Source: Nemertoderma westbladi
Taxonomy: Eukaryota > Animalia > Xenacoelomorpha
DNA: 64,000 nucleotides
NCBI GenBank assembly: GCA_032718475.1
Contig: JAUCBJ010008665.1
Coordinates: forward strand, 1-64,000
Direction of reading: 5' to 3'
Shown: positions 36,960 through 50,260 of the stretch, in pieces
Position numbering within the stretch: the stretch's first letter is position 1
Layout: every line of letters starts with the position of its first letter
The notes under the pieces: model-generated
The model's database searches: none
The model's input: the letters and a program-made list of their open reading frames with translations, nothing else
Told to the model about the DNA's origin: nothing
Program-made: the position numbers and the translations under genes

Positions 36960-39187
36960 GAGGACAATAATATTCAGTATTGGGTAGCCAGATCAACCCC
37001 CCGCAGACCTGCCCCATCCCCAAAGCCTGACCCACACCAAAACCGTCGACCACCTCTGAGGCAGAGAGAATTCGATCGGAGGAGGGCGAATTGAATCCTC
37101 CGGCAAACTCCACCCTGCACACAGGCAAGGCCCCTCTCGGCCATCCCAGCTTGTCTCGAGACAAGGGTCTCGGCCAGATGGCGAATGAGAATCTCTGCCT
37201 CATTGCACCATACGCCGTCGGTTGTACCGACCAGTGGGGTAAAGGACATCCTCTGGTCTTCACAGACAGTCCGGTAATGGGTGTGTTTCAGCCGGGCCCG
37301 CTGCTCCAAGAGGGACTCTGTCGACCAGTTGGCCTGGACGTACGAGGTGGCGTCAGCGTTGATTATCGCAATGTCAAACGACGCCACTCGTTGGTTGGTC
37401 CAGACCCCCCGGACAACTAGGTCTGCCCTTACCCCCCTCATCTCCCGCCCCTGTCTGTCGATGTATCCTTGGGAGAGGGTCACCTCACGCTCGACACTTG
37501 ATTGGTCGAAAGCCGAGGTCACCAAACACCTGGCCAACCTCGTCAATGACGTTTGATGATAAGACCCCCGGATTTGCAGCTCAGTGCGTGGGAGGTGCTG
37601 AATGGGCTACCGCACCCCTCGCACGTAACTGGTAAACCCGGCGGGGTGAGACCATAACGAAGGGCGAGGTTGTCCCAGGCTCGTCAGGCCCCAAGTCTGT
37701 GTTGTCCAGCATGGACAGCTGGGCCGATAACCACCCCCCGGTCTTGTTCCGCGTCGTCCGCTCCGCGGTTCGTCGACGCTCGGCTGGTAATGCCCCTAGT
37801 GCGGCCTCCAGTTTCTCCTTATACGGGTATACTGGGCGGCCCGTGACTCGGTGAGGACTTTACGCAGCCGCACAGTGTGGTCGGCCACGTGAAGCAGCAG
37901 ACCAGACTGGATTGCTTCAACCACAAGAGAAGTCCCCTCGGTGGACGCAGCACGGGCATGGGCAAACCGCATTACGGGGTCCTGCAACCCAATCCCACCA
38001 TGGCGAACAGGCAGGAGGACCAAGTCCTCGTCTGAGGGGCCCAATGGGATACTGAACAGGGAGGGGATATACTGTCGAAGCAGCGCGGTCCGGATAGGAG
38101 CGAAATCCTCAACATCCATTGGGACTACCCGCATTAGGAAGTCCCATTCAGCCTGCACACACTTGGACTTCCCTGTGTGAGCAGTCTGGGAGTACTCCAG
38201 AGTCCTCCGAGAGTTTGTCGATATGTCCCACCCACCCCGCAACCTTGTCCGACACAAACTGCTTCCGTCCCTCGGCATCGCCGATATATCCCCCCAGGAA
38301 CTGGTGTCCGGAGACTATCTGGATGCCACTCCCATCGAACCTTTCCCGGGCTTCTGCCTCCAGCCCTGGCTTTATTACCAGGTAAGTTTTGGTCGGTTCG
38401 GGGAAGTTGCCGATTTTGGGACCTTTTAGCTGCAGGTCGGACCACCACTGTGCAACTCCGCACAGACTCCCTGCCGCCGAGGCGTCGTCCGCGTACCAGC
38501 ACTGAGTCGATGATGATCCCTGGGTGTGGGGCACTGTGGAACCAACTCGCGACCCCTGGGGACTGGACTGGTACAATGTGGGGAAGGGATTGGACAGGGA
38601 CACCATGGCAGTGGGTGGGAGCGCCGTTGGAGTAACTGGGGACAGCATGGGGAGTGACTGAGACAATGGGGAGGAGGGACTGGACAATGTGGAAGTAACA
38701 TGGGACAGCGTGGGGATGGACTGGGACATTGAGGAGAAGGGACTGGACAATGTGGTGGTAACCTGGGACAGCATTTGGATGGACTGGGACAATGCGGGGA
38801 AGGAACTGGATTCTGTGGGAGTAACCTGGGGCAGCATTGGGATGGACTGGGGCAATGAGGTGAAGGGACTGGACAGTGTGGAAGTAACATGGGACAGCAT
38901 GGGGATGGACTGGGGCGATGCGGGGAAGGGACTGGATACTGTGGGAATAACTTGGGACAGCATGGGGATGGACTGGGACAATGCGGGGAAGGGATCGGAC
39001 TCTGTGTGAGTAACCTTGGACAACATGGGGATGGACTGGGACAATGAGGGGAAGGGACTGGACAATGTGGGAGTAACCTGGGACAGCATGGGGATGGACT
39101 GGGACAATGCGGGGAAGGGACTGGATACTGTGGGAGTAACATGGGTAAGCATGGAGATGGACTGTGACAATGCCGAGAAGGGACTGA
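36960..39187 (-). mobile_element. CRE-like RLE non-LTR retrotransposon, 3' half (YADD, CCHC, restriction-like endonuclease)
   Basis: WYADDASAAG, LPVRHGGIGL, CEGCGSPFSTSHALSC, RADLVVRGVW..ASFDI and SFTPLVGTTDG. Frameshifted. Confidence 0.88.
38560..39187 (-). repeat. 63-bp coding-frame repeat (SQSIPMLSQVTPTVSSPFPAL) inside the CRE RT, left part
   Basis: 21-aa periodicity in ORF 38148-39239. Confidence 0.9.
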
Positions 39188-39284
39188 TGTTATAATCGGG
39201 ATAGCGATCATAAAATAGTGGATACTGTGGGAGTAACATGGGTCAGCATGGAGATGGACTGTGACAATGCCGAGAAGGGACTGA

Positions 39285-39586
39285 TGTTATAATCGGGATA
39301 GCGATCATAAAATAGAAGTAACTGAAGAAGTAACTGAAGTATAGAAAAAGTAAGCTACATACTGACATATGCGAAATATTGATATCCATCCAATCCAAAC
39401 AAAGTATATCAAAATCAACACAGTCTAACCGTACTACCGGTACATAAACATACTGATGACATACCAGTAATCATCCATCCAAATCACCTCTACCGTACTA
39501 CCGGTACCCTCCTGCAATACCATGTCTCGAGTCAGGCCATGTCCAGTCCCTCATCCGGCCAGTTAGGTCCTAAAATATACTCAACA
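39285..39586 (-). repeat. Gypsy 3' LTR
   Basis: Direct repeat of 47823-48100, next to the PPT. Confidence 0.95.
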
Positions 39587-40281
39587 TCCCCTCCACCAAA
39601 GCTTGAGTTCCATCGAAAAGCTATAATACAGTTCACTTGAGTCTACTAATTCGACTTTTATATTGTAGCAACTTCCAATGCATCTTCTTCCATTATTAAA
39701 TTTTACTTTCAGTTTCGACTTTTCTACATTTACATACTATATACATTTCTTTGCACTTCATTATTATATAATACCCAATTAATAATATTTCATCTCCATA
39801 CATACTTCAATAAAATTATTTAGTTCAGTGTAAATATCCTATATCATTTATCTTTAGATCGGGTTTCATATCTATGACTTGAAACAACTTCTTGTCTATT
39901 TGGAAGGTCCTTTTTCTTAGAATTGATAATTACTGAGTCACGCAGTTGCGCACGATTCGTAAATCTTCTTCCAGTTTGTGTTTCTTTCCCTACATAAGGC
40001 ATTGATATATCCAATTGTGTATGTTTCAGTTTTGAAACGTTTACTGTAAAGGTTGTACAATCGTCACCTCCCTTTAGTGAGATATCTGCATTTTCGTCAG
40101 TAACTTTCGTGACTTAATAATAATAATAATAATAATAAAAGGTCCAAGGTAGGGACGAGCAAATTTATGTGCTGCTCCAGATTTGTCTGCAGGACAATAT
40201 AGTAGCACTTGTTGTCCAACTTTGAAGTCATGAGGTTTTGCCGTTTTATTGTATTCCTGTTCCCATGATTCATGCGCTTTC

Positions 40282-42903
40282 TTAACATTTTGTTGAACCA
40301 ATTGGAATGACTGTTGCTAAGTTGTCCTTTAAATCATCAATAAAATCATATTGATCTGCATACATACGGGGTTGATAACAACAAAAATACTGAAATGGAA
40401 AATTTGCATCTCTTCCATGTGTTAAATAGAAAGGAGTTTCTTTCGTGGTGCAATGATATGTAGTATTATAAGCAAATATGAGTTGTTGCAAATACGTATC
40501 CCAATCTGTACCATGTTGATTTACAAAATGAGATAACATATCACATAAAGTTCTGTTCATGCGCTCTACTGCACCATTGGCTTGCTGATGTTCAGGTGTG
40601 GTAAATATTTTATTGATATTTAACATCTTACACAACTCTGTTAGAAGTTCTGAAGTAAAATCTGAGCCTTGGTCAGATAAGAGTTTCTCTGGAGCACCAT
40701 GTTGGGAAATCACCATATCCATCATTATTCTAGCTATAGTTTGTGATTCTTGATTGGGAATTCCAGCAGCTATAACCCACTTCGTAAAAAGGTCAACAAA
40801 TAGAACGGCATGTTTATTTCCATGTTCAGTTAATGGTAAATCCAGTACATCAACGGCAACTATTTCCATTGGTCTGGAGGATAAGATGGGTTTTAAGTTA
40901 GTGATTTGAAACCTATGAGGTGGTTTACGTGTTTGGCAACTAATACATGAGTTACAATAATTAACAACATCTTTATGTATATTATTCCAATAAAAATGTT
41001 GCGCTAAGGATTGATACGTTTTCTCTATTCCAAAATGTCCTCCTGTAGTTGAAGAATGTCTTTGTTGGATCAAGTTTCCTTGCATATGAGAAGGTACAAC
41101 AGGTAAATATGTCTTTCTCAACAATAATGATAGTTTGTAAAGACACTTCTTTCCTATCATATTCTCTTTTATACAATAATTAGAGTTAGCAATATCCTTA
41201 AAATGAGTTTGATCACCATGTTTAGTTAGTATATTCGAGTTCAAGTAGTCAATTATATGTTTTAAATCTTTATCTTTCAATTGTTCATCTATATTGATAT
41301 CTAATGCAGATTCATTGTCAATAGTATGTATCTTTGAGATGCTATCATCTTTACTCTCATTCATGGCATTATTTTCACAATGTTCATTTAGAATGTTTCT
41401 CATTTCTTCAAGTATGGTCTCCTCATTGTCCATGCCCATATTATCATTATTATCATCTTGCATTTCATTGGTTGATGTGTTCCGTGGTAATCTTGACAGT
41501 GCATCAGCTGCCAGGTTAAATTTACCAGGTCTGTATGTAATTTTAGGCATTTGTGGCATCAGTTTGATCATCCATCTTGCCAATCTTCCTTTAGGGTTCT
41601 TTGTATTTAAAAACCACATCAGAGCACTATGGTCTGTGATTACTTTGTAATCTTGTCCTACTAGATATGCATCAAAATGGTCTATAGCCCATATAATTGC
41701 ATATAACTCGAGTTCAGTAACATGCCATTTGCATTCGTTGGGTGTTAGAGATTTTCCTGCATACACCACTGGGTGTAAAATTCCATTATCGTCTTCTTGA
41801 CTAAGAATCGCTCCCAATCCAGTAGTACTAGCGTCAGTTTCTAACACAAATGATTTTGACATATTTGGACGAATAAGTATTGGTTCTGATATTAAAGCTT
41901 TTCGCAATGCTTGAAATGCATTCTCACATTCTTCTGACCATTTAAATTCTACATTCTTATGGGTTAATGCATTTAATGGCCCACATATTTGGGCATGGTC
42001 CTTAATGAATTTCCGATAATAACGTACAAACCCAAGAAATTTCTGTACTTCTTTAAGATTTGTAGGTCTAGGATAATCTTGTACAAGTTCAATCTTTCTA
42101 GGATCCGGTTTAATTCCAAATTGGGTAATCACATGTCCCAAAAATGTTATTTCATTACATGCAAATTTACATTTTTGCGGTTTAAGTTTTAGTCCAGCTT
42201 TATGAATACGATTCATAATCTTCTCAATATGTTTTATATGGTCTTCAAATGTCTTTGAATATATTAAGACATCATCTAAATAAACAAAACAGAATTGTCC
42301 TATATACCCCTGGAGAACAGTATTCATCAGGCGTTGACATCTCGGTGGGGCATTCATTAAACCAAAGGGCATTCTATTAAATCGGTATGCTCCTTCAAAT
42401 GTAACCATTGTTGTTTTATCCTTTGAATCTTCATCCATAGGTATCTGGTAAAACATTTGTTTAGCATCCACCACAGTAAATATACTTGCATCTTGTATAT
42501 TATCTAAGATATCGTCAATCCTTGGCATTGGATAACAGTCTCGGGTTGTTACACTATTTAGTGCTCGGTAATCAACACATAAACGTAATGACTTATCTGG
42601 TTTCTGCACAAATAAAATAGGACTGGTCCATATTGCAGATGAAGGTTCTATAACACCTTGTTCTATTAAGTCCTTTATCATTGTTTTACATTGATCTCGG
42701 TACGCTAGTGGAATTCGACGAGGATGCTGTTGTATAGGCTTTGCATTACCAGTTTCGATATGATGCGAAGCAAGATGAGTTAAACCAGTTGGTTCATCAT
42801 CTAGTGCAAAATCCTCTTTGAAAAGTAAAAGTGTATCTGTTAATTGTATTTGTTGGAGAGAGGTTAAATTTGTCCAATCATTTGCCATTTTCAAACATTC
42901 CAA
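40282..42903 (-). CDS. Gypsy pol (RT, RNase H, integrase), frameshifted at both ends
   Basis: LRLCVDYRALN, MPFGLMNAP, YLDD, LETDAS, HHCC zinc finger, SDQG and NGAVER. The GPF module continues in 40074-40301. Confidence 0.95.
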   Translation of the reverse strand: MECLKMANDWTNLTSLQQIQLTDTLLLFKEDFALDDEPTGLTHLASHHIETGNAKPIQQHPRRIPLAYRDQCKTMIKDLIEQGVIEPSSAIWTSPILFVQKPDKSLRLCVDYRALNSVTTRDCYPMPRIDDILDNIQDASIFTVVDAKQMFYQIPMDEDSKDKTTMVTFEGAYRFNRMPFGLMNAPPRCQRLMNTVLQGYIGQFCFVYLDDVLIYSKTFEDHIKHIEKIMNRIHKAGLKLKPQKCKFACNEITFLGHVITQFGIKPDPRKIELVQDYPRPTNLKEVQKFLGFVRYYRKFIKDHAQICGPLNALTHKNVEFKWSEECENAFQALRKALISEPILIRPNMSKSFVLETDASTTGLGAILSQEDDNGILHPVVYAGKSLTPNECKWHVTELELYAIIWAIDHFDAYLVGQDYKVITDHSALMWFLNTKNPKGRLARWMIKLMPQMPKITYRPGKFNLAADALSRLPRNTSTNEMQDDNNDNMGMDNEETILEEMRNILNEHCENNAMNESKDDSISKIHTIDNESALDINIDEQLKDKDLKHIIDYLNSNILTKHGDQTHFKDIANSNYCIKENMIGKKCLYKLSLLLRKTYLPVVPSHMQGNLIQQRHSSTTGGHFGIEKTYQSLAQHFYWNNIHKDVVNYCNSCISCQTRKPPHRFQITNLKPILSSRPMEIVAVDVLDLPLTEHGNKHAVLFVDLFTKWVIAAGIPNQESQTIARIMMDMVISQHGAPEKLLSDQGSDFTSELLTELCKMLNINKIFTTPEHQQANGAVERMNRTLCDMLSHFVNQHGTDWDTYLQQLIFAYNTTYHCTTKETPFYLTHGRDANFPFQYFCCYQPRMYADQYDFIDDLKDNLATVIPIGSTKC

Positions 42904-43552
42904 TAGTTTGATAATTCTATTTCGTGCTTGTAGAGCACTTCTGTCGCTGTCATCTTCATTATTAATATTCTCATTAACATTTTGCGATTTAACTTGAAAA
43001 GTGTCACATGTTACGGTACTTCATTGTCACGATCAAGAGTTTCAAAATATTCTACTGTCCCAATTTTCCTATTTGGTCTTATTCTGATTTTAGTATTTGT
43101 TATATTTTCAATTGTTAAAGTAATAAGCTCATTATCATCAGGTACTACAATAGTTCCATACATCCTGAAGGGTAATGAATTATTTGGCTGAAAAATCAAT
43201 GTCTCACCATTTCCAACATCTTGCATATGTGCCTTTATAAAACAAGAACAGTTTGGTTTCAGAGTTATACCAGTTGAAACTTTCACACAAGATATATATC
43301 TGTTCATTGATGTCTTGATAGGCTCAGTTTGTCTCTCTTCAATATCTTCCTTCTTTATTTCTTGTTGTATACTTACATCATTATTCTGTATTGTTGCCTT
43401 AAGCTCACTTTCAGGCTTTCTGTGTTTACTTGATTCTTCGTAAGGTATATTCCATAATACTGGATTTTCAGTCAACTTTAATAGTGGACCAACATTATGA
43501 CCAACTAACAGTAGATGTTCCTTGCCCATGTGTGGATCTATTAAAGCTGTAG

Positions 43553-46500
43553 TTAATACTGGTGGAAAAGTTTGTATTTTATAGCAATCTTAATTTCTCC
43601 CTCAATATGAATTGCATGTTCTTGGTAAGCTAGTGGATTACAACTTGTAGGTTTAATGGAATCAAATAAAGCACCAGATTTTTCTAATCTTTGTACTAAA
43701 ATTGAGTTAATAAATGTACTTTGTGAACCAGGATCGGCTAATACTTGATGAGGTTCAAGATACATATTATTTACTAGAATATCATTCAAATAAGGTAATG
43801 ACTTTGAGATAATAGGTGCTTCTTTCATATCATAATGATCTTCTGCTTTATTATAAGAAATATCATCGTATTGAACAGTCTTTCTATTTGTAGGTACTTT
43901 ACTATCTGATCTGCTATGAAATTGATCATCATCCCTTTTAATATCCGGTCTTTGCATTGAATTAATTCTTATATCTTGTGAAAATCTCTTTGTGCAGTTT
44001 CTAGATAAATGTCCATAATCTCTGCAGTGATAACATTGTATTGTACTAGTGATACTATCACTACTAGCACCACGATTACTAAATGTCCCAATATTGTTAT
44101 TCACATTTGTATTACCATTATTGCTGCTGTTATAATATGGCTTATGATATGGCTGCGGGGAATAGTTTCTAATGTCATTTTGTCTTGGTGTTTCATTATA
44201 ATAGTATGGCTTATCTTCTGTACGTTTTCGTATAGAATGAAGGAATATTTCTAAATCACGAGCTAATACAGCTAATGTATTGATTTGTCGTAAAGCATGG
44301 TATTTGTCATTTGATATATTTTGTTTCGTCTTTGAATTTATACCTTTGAGGAATGCTACACACATTGCCTGCTCAACTTCCTTCTTATTCACATCACGAA
44401 GTATCGTCACTTCGGCAGGAGAATAACCATCAGACACCAACTGACGGCCACGTGCTGCCAACAATGCAGCACCACATTTCTGAACGAAATCCATGAAATT
44501 GCTAATCGACTGGTCATGTCGTTGTTGAACACGGTTAAGTTTATCCAAAGCTTCTTGTGGAGATTCCTTTATTTCAAAATGATCTTTAAGACTCTTTGTG
44601 AATTCATCATATGTTATATTTGATGTGTTAGTATAAAATTCTCTGGCGAGAGTACTAATTGTTGATCCTGTTTTTAAACTATTAAGTACTTTACTTATTC
44701 TTTCTTTATCATTTAAGTAACCAGCTACATCCATATCTAATTCCGCATTTGCTAACCAAGTTGCAAATGAACCATCCTTGGAATTATCATAACGAGATAT
44801 ATTCAATGGACGACGTTTAAACTTGTTCTCTTGCTCATGTACCAACATTGTATCATTAACAGTAAATGTTCGATCAATATTTGGTACTGGAGACTGTATA
44901 GGCCTTTGCTGTGAATTCCTCCACTCTGGTACATCAGGATTTATTTAGACTCCCAATGCAGTGTGTTCTCATGTACTACACCATTACCATTAGTAGTATT
45001 GGTAGTATCCTGAGTGGATGCAATTGTATTTATTTTTGTCATTTGTCGTTTGCAGCTTAATAAGTCATCCTGTAGTGATATTACATCATTTTGATAACCT
45101 GACAAATTTACTTGTAATTTATGCATATCCTTTTGCAATAATTTATATTCATCAGATTCTACTGGATCTTTATGCATCTTTTGCAACGATTCTGATAGTT
45201 CTTTAATATACTTATTACGTCCATCAACATCATCATGTAGAGAAGATATCTCTTTACCCAGCTCAATACATTTTGTTTTAAAATTAATACATTCATAACA
45301 AATATCAATATTGTCTGTATTGGTTTTGTCATTCACTTTCTGTTGTTTCTTGTGCCATAAATCATCATATTTATATTTTAATTCATTATAATCTGAGATA
45401 GGTACAAAATCTGAAGAATCAAGTTGCTCACATTGTGTTTTTAAATACTCTACTTGATTTTGACATTCATATTATACAGACTTCAGATCATCAAATTCTT
45501 TCATGGGAACTGTACTTTTAGAAATATCTTTATGCAGTTCCTGTAAACCCAGTGAAAAGTGCGCAAGCGTATCGCAAGCGTGCCTATCGGCACGCTTGCG
45601 ATAAGGCGTATCTCAAGTGATTCCCAAGAGTTATGGCCCGACCTTTACGCAAGCGATTTACTTGAGTTATGTCACATAAATATCGCAACAACTTGCGTTA
45701 AGTCGCATAAAAATCACAACAACTTGCGTTCAGTCGCATAAAACTCGCATCCGATTCACTTGCGACTTTCAAGTGTCATGGCGCATAAATATCGCAAAAA
45801 TCTACTGGTTGTGAGTTTTGTGTAATATATTGAGACCTTTGTGACAGAAAATATGATACAGTAGTTGATTATTCCACTGCTGTTTAATACTATGGGCTTC
45901 CGTATCATCTGCCTACTGTACTTAACTTACATTACATTACATTACACTCTCTAGACTTAGAACATTACACATGCTGTATGAATCAATACTAGAAATGGTT
46001 GGTTATATAGAGGATAATACAAATAGATTAGAACAACCATGGTACACTTTTAACTATTCCCTATAATTTTCTATTCTATAAAATATATTAATATAATCTC
46101 TGTATTCGACAGCCATATTAGATAATTCGTATTCATCAATTTTATATTTTAAAACTATTTATTTCTTGATAGGCAACTTTATTTTAATTAATAAATCTTT
46201 AGTGTAATTAAAAACATGCGATTCACATGGGAATTAACGCATGATATTCTCATGGTGTAAAACATGCGTAAAATAAGTGTTAAATGAGGTATGATTCGCA
46301 TGCGATTTTCATGCACGGAATCACATGCGTAAAATAAGTTGTGAATCGCATGCATGCGTGGAATCGCTTCCTTATTTTACATGTGATTCACATGCGAATC
46401 ACAAGAGTTTTATCGCTATTTATTGAGCCGCAATAAAAATGCATGACGCTTTAAAATCACTTGCGATACGCATGCGCATTTTTCACTGGGAATCATCATT

Positions 46501-46785
46501 ATGTTTCACACATTTATTATATTTGTAGTCTAACAAAATATTCTCTTCCACAAGTTCTTTATGTTTTTGTAACAAATTGTTAAGCTGTACTGATAGTGTT
46601 TTAACAATACCATCAGCTTCAATCTCAATTTGTTGAGAATTTGGATCAATTGTTTGTAGTGAACAGTCCTCAAATTGGGGTAATATACCTCCCAAAACAT
46701 TAAAATGAGAAATTAATGAATTAATTAACTTCTGTAATGACACAATGTCTGCCTCTAGATCTGCTTTTGTTTTTCCACCTGCCAT
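43553..46785 (-). pseudogene. Gypsy gag-protease, broken by stops and a MITE
   Basis: N-terminal coiled coil, CYHCRDYGHLSRNC knuckle and protease VLADPGSQSTFI. Confidence 0.85.
45548..46490. mobile_element. EnSpm/CMC-like non-autonomous DNA transposon (943 bp)
   Basis: ~31-bp imperfect TIR CCCAGTGAAAA.TGCGCA.GCGTATCGCAAG, 2-bp TSD AA and subterminal repeats. Removing it restores the gag frame (NDD-LQELHK). Confidence 0.85.
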
Positions 46786-47808
46786 TATTAACTTACTATT
46801 GTCCCAAATTGGATATTATTCAAAATAAATAAAAATTACAAACTTTGGCACGTCTGCCAAAACTGTAATGTCAGTATATAATCAACCACCAAGGTATATT
46901 ATTGTAGTACTGTGTAATATTCGCATTCCACATATATAAAATAAACATATAGGGTAAACCCAAATAATTTATTCAGTCACACTGCAGGTTGAATTTGCTA
47001 CATTTCTGCATTGATAAATTCGTAACTCAACCATATATATATATATTACAGTATTTAATTAATTTCCATACCGGTACCCATATAACTCAAAATACTGGAA
47101 TTCCAATTTAATTACAATTACTTAGTCGACTTAGGCCTCTTTTAACTGCATCTATAATGCTGTATGCTGATTGAAACTTGAAAGCGGATGGGTCGTCCTG
47201 CCCTATTCAATGCACTTTCACAAATAAATTATTTTCATAGTAACTCATTCAAATACGAAGTAGGTTTGCCATTTACCAGGCTATATAGCCTGTACGCAGT
47301 GGCGTTATCCTTCTTCCTGTACGGTAACCAGGTAACTATACTTATTCCAATATTAGGGCGGTCACCCTACACCCTAATAAAATATTCTGTCTTAATTTCT
47401 TCAATAACAGGAATAACGTAGCCTATTCGGGATGTGTTAAGTTAGGCAGTTAGGTACAATGGCCCAATGGCCAAATTAATTTCAATTTTGGTTTAAATAC
47501 AATATTCGCTGAATATCGGGCTTTCTGCCTTCACCATACAGTCAAGACATCATCAGTACAGCAGTAAGTAGATGTAGCTGTGAAGGATTGAACCAGCAAT
47601 TAAGCCTACCGGTACCGGTACTGATTTCATCACCAGTCAGCCAGTAAATTAAACAAAACCAAATACAGAAATAATGCCATCAGTACAGCCGTAATATCTG
47701 AATATACCGGTCTGCCATAGGTACACCAAACCTGAATTACTGAATCGATATCTTCTCCCTTAGTCAGCCTTTCTTGCAAACGTAAATACAGTGTAGAAAG
47801 TGATCTTT

Positions 47809-47822
47809 ACCCAGGGACGCCA
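47809..47822 (-). promoter_or_regulatory. Primer-binding site complementary to the tRNA-Asn 3' end
   Basis: The + strand reads ACCCAGGGACGCCA immediately inside the 5' LTR, matching the animal tRNA-Asn(GTT) 3' end as I recall it. Confidence 0.8.
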
Positions 47823-48100
47823 TGTTATAATCATAAAGTAGAAGTAACTGAAGTATAGAAAAAGTAAGCTACATACTGACATATGCGAAATATTGATATC
47901 CATCCAATCCAAACAAAGTATATCAAAATCAACACAGTCTAACCGTACTACCGGTACATAAACATACTGATGACATACCAGTAATCATCCATCCAAATCA
48001 CCTCTACCGTACTACCGGTACCCTCCTGCAATACCATGTCTCGAGTCAGGCCATGTCCAGGCCCTCATCCGGTCAGTTAGGTCCTAAAATATACTCAACA
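47823..48100 (-). repeat. Gypsy 5' LTR
   Basis: Direct repeat of 39285-39586 with small indels. Confidence 0.95.
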
Positions 48101-50260
48101 CTGACTATTATGGGAGTAACCTGGGACAGCATGGGGGTGGACTGGGGCAATGCGGGGAAGGGACTGGATACTGTGGGAATAACCTGGGACAGCATGGGGA
48201 TGGACTGGGACAATGCGGGGAAGGGACTGAATACTGTGAGAGTAACCTGGGATAGCATGGGGATGGACTGGGACAATGCAGGGAAGGGACTGGATACTGT
48301 GGGAGTAATATGGGTCAGCATGGAGATGGACTGGGACAATGCCGGGAAGGGACTGGCTACTATGGGAGTAACCTGGGATGCATGGGGGTGGACTGGGACA
48401 ATGTGGGGAAGGGACTGGACACTGTGGGAGTAACCTGGGACAACAAGGGGATGGACTGGGAAAATGCGGAGGCTGATTGAGTTGCACTACGACCCTCCGG
48501 GGCACCACTGAGAGATACACTGTCAGATGGACTATGGGCGATGGTGCGCGAATTGAGAGACGAATCTGAGGAAGCCAATACTGGTTCACAGTGTAGGGAG
48601 CGTACCATAGGCAGGGACCCGCATCCATACGCCAGCATAGCGAGTGGATCTCCCTGCGTCATGCCCTCTCTGCTCCACAGTGGGGGGTTGTTGCCATCGA
48701 GGTACAATGCGGCGTGACCATTATACGCATTGTAGAGAAACCTCGAACATCTCGGCCAAAGTACTCTGCAATTCCACAGTATCACGGGACAGCTGAGGCT
48801 GTTAAATGCATTGCGGGCGTCTACTAGAATCATGGCCTTGGTGGATTCATCATCGAATATCGAGACCATCGCATGGATGGCGCCCTCTATTCCGGCCTTC
48901 ACCCCGGCACACAATTGGTCTGCACCGCACTGAGTTACAATGTCAGTCTTTATTGCCATCGCCATGCTGACTGCGAGGAGTCTAAAGAGAACCCCCCCCC
49001 CTACGCCAATCGGACGGACCCCGGGCTGTTTGTCCAATCCAACCAAACGGCATGCTCGAAGCACACGGATCTCCCCCCACGGTACAATGGTGTTACACAG
49101 ACGTCGTGCCAACCCCGCCACAACTTCGCGCAACCGCGAACTATGGGCCTGGTATCGAGTCAGCAGTGCGTGCCAGAACTCACCATCCCCTCCGACAGGG
49201 CCAGCACAACTGCACAGAGCTCGTGCCGCCTTGAGGATGAGCTGTCCAGTCACATCAACACCCTCGAGTGGGGGCAAATCGCTGCAAGAATCAAAACTGT
49301 CAGGGGAGACATCCATCTGTGGAGGGTGTTTCTGTTCCAGAACATCTCGTACGGTAATGCCTAGCGGCTGACCCTCAGCTTGGTCCTCGGGGTTGAGAAC
49401 ACCTCCGCAGTCACGATCTGTGACTGTCCGCACAGCTGACCAGTTCATGTTGGCAAGGACCTTTCGATCGAGGATGCTGGAAGACCGGGGATGTGTTCCC
49501 GGAAGTTGCACCCCTTCCGGTCGCGAATTTGCTACTGCACCGCACGGCCTCAACAAGTAGGGCCCCAAAGTCACCATGTTCCCACGTTTCTAATCGCCTT
49601 AGGAGGGTACGCCGCACATCTGGGGTCTTCACGACATCCGGGTCACGTTGAAAAATCTTAGCGATGAAGCAAAGAGGTCGCTCTGAAGGATAAACTCCTT
49701 CACACAGTTTTGCCAGCTCCTTTGTTATGTCGTCAACTATCTTGCGTCCGAGATTGCCCCCAGGGACAATATAGCGGCGGTTTGGTAGACGACATAGACG
49801 ACGATGATGACTCTCCCAGGTAGGATCGGGTGAAGAACCCGGAGTATTCAGCCAGGACCCGCCGAAAGCGGCTTCCAAACGTTCGGAAGTGGAAGGAGGC
49901 GGTGGGATGCAGTCCGTGCCACTCGCCACCGCCGGTGGGGCAGCCGACTGCTCAACTACAGTGGTGTCCAACTCCGTGTCACTGCTCTCACTCAACGAAG
50001 GCGTTGATGTGGCGGACCCGGAAAGTGAATCGTCAAATACAATGTTTGCCATATTGGTAGGCAACGTGGGAGGTACAACCGGGTTCTTATGCCTGCTAAT
50101 TTCCATTGGGACACACCGGGTACACTGGCGGTTTGCGCGAACACACCCACATCGACTAGTGGGACCACAACCACTGGCTGCACACTGGCAGCACCGCTGC
50201 GACATCTGTGACATCGCCACCCAATATAAACAAATAACAGTCTTATGATATATCAGTATA
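48101..50260 (-). mobile_element. CRE-like non-LTR retrotransposon, 5' half (Cys-rich N terminus, RT motifs up to QGDP, rest of the 63-bp repeat)
   Basis: CCQC..CGC..CTRC, LDKQPGVRPIGVG, QLCAG..GIEGAIHAM, VDARNAFNS and EGMTQGDPLAM. Confidence 0.88.

Larger units (their letters stand above)
39285..48100 (-). mobile_element. Ty3/Gypsy LTR retrotransposon, full length but degenerate
   Basis: LTRs at 39285-39586 and 47823-48100 (TGT...ACA), TSD CTGA, PBS TGGCGTCCCTGGGT, PPT GGTGGAGGGGA, and gag-PR-RT-RH-IN order. Confidence 0.95.
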
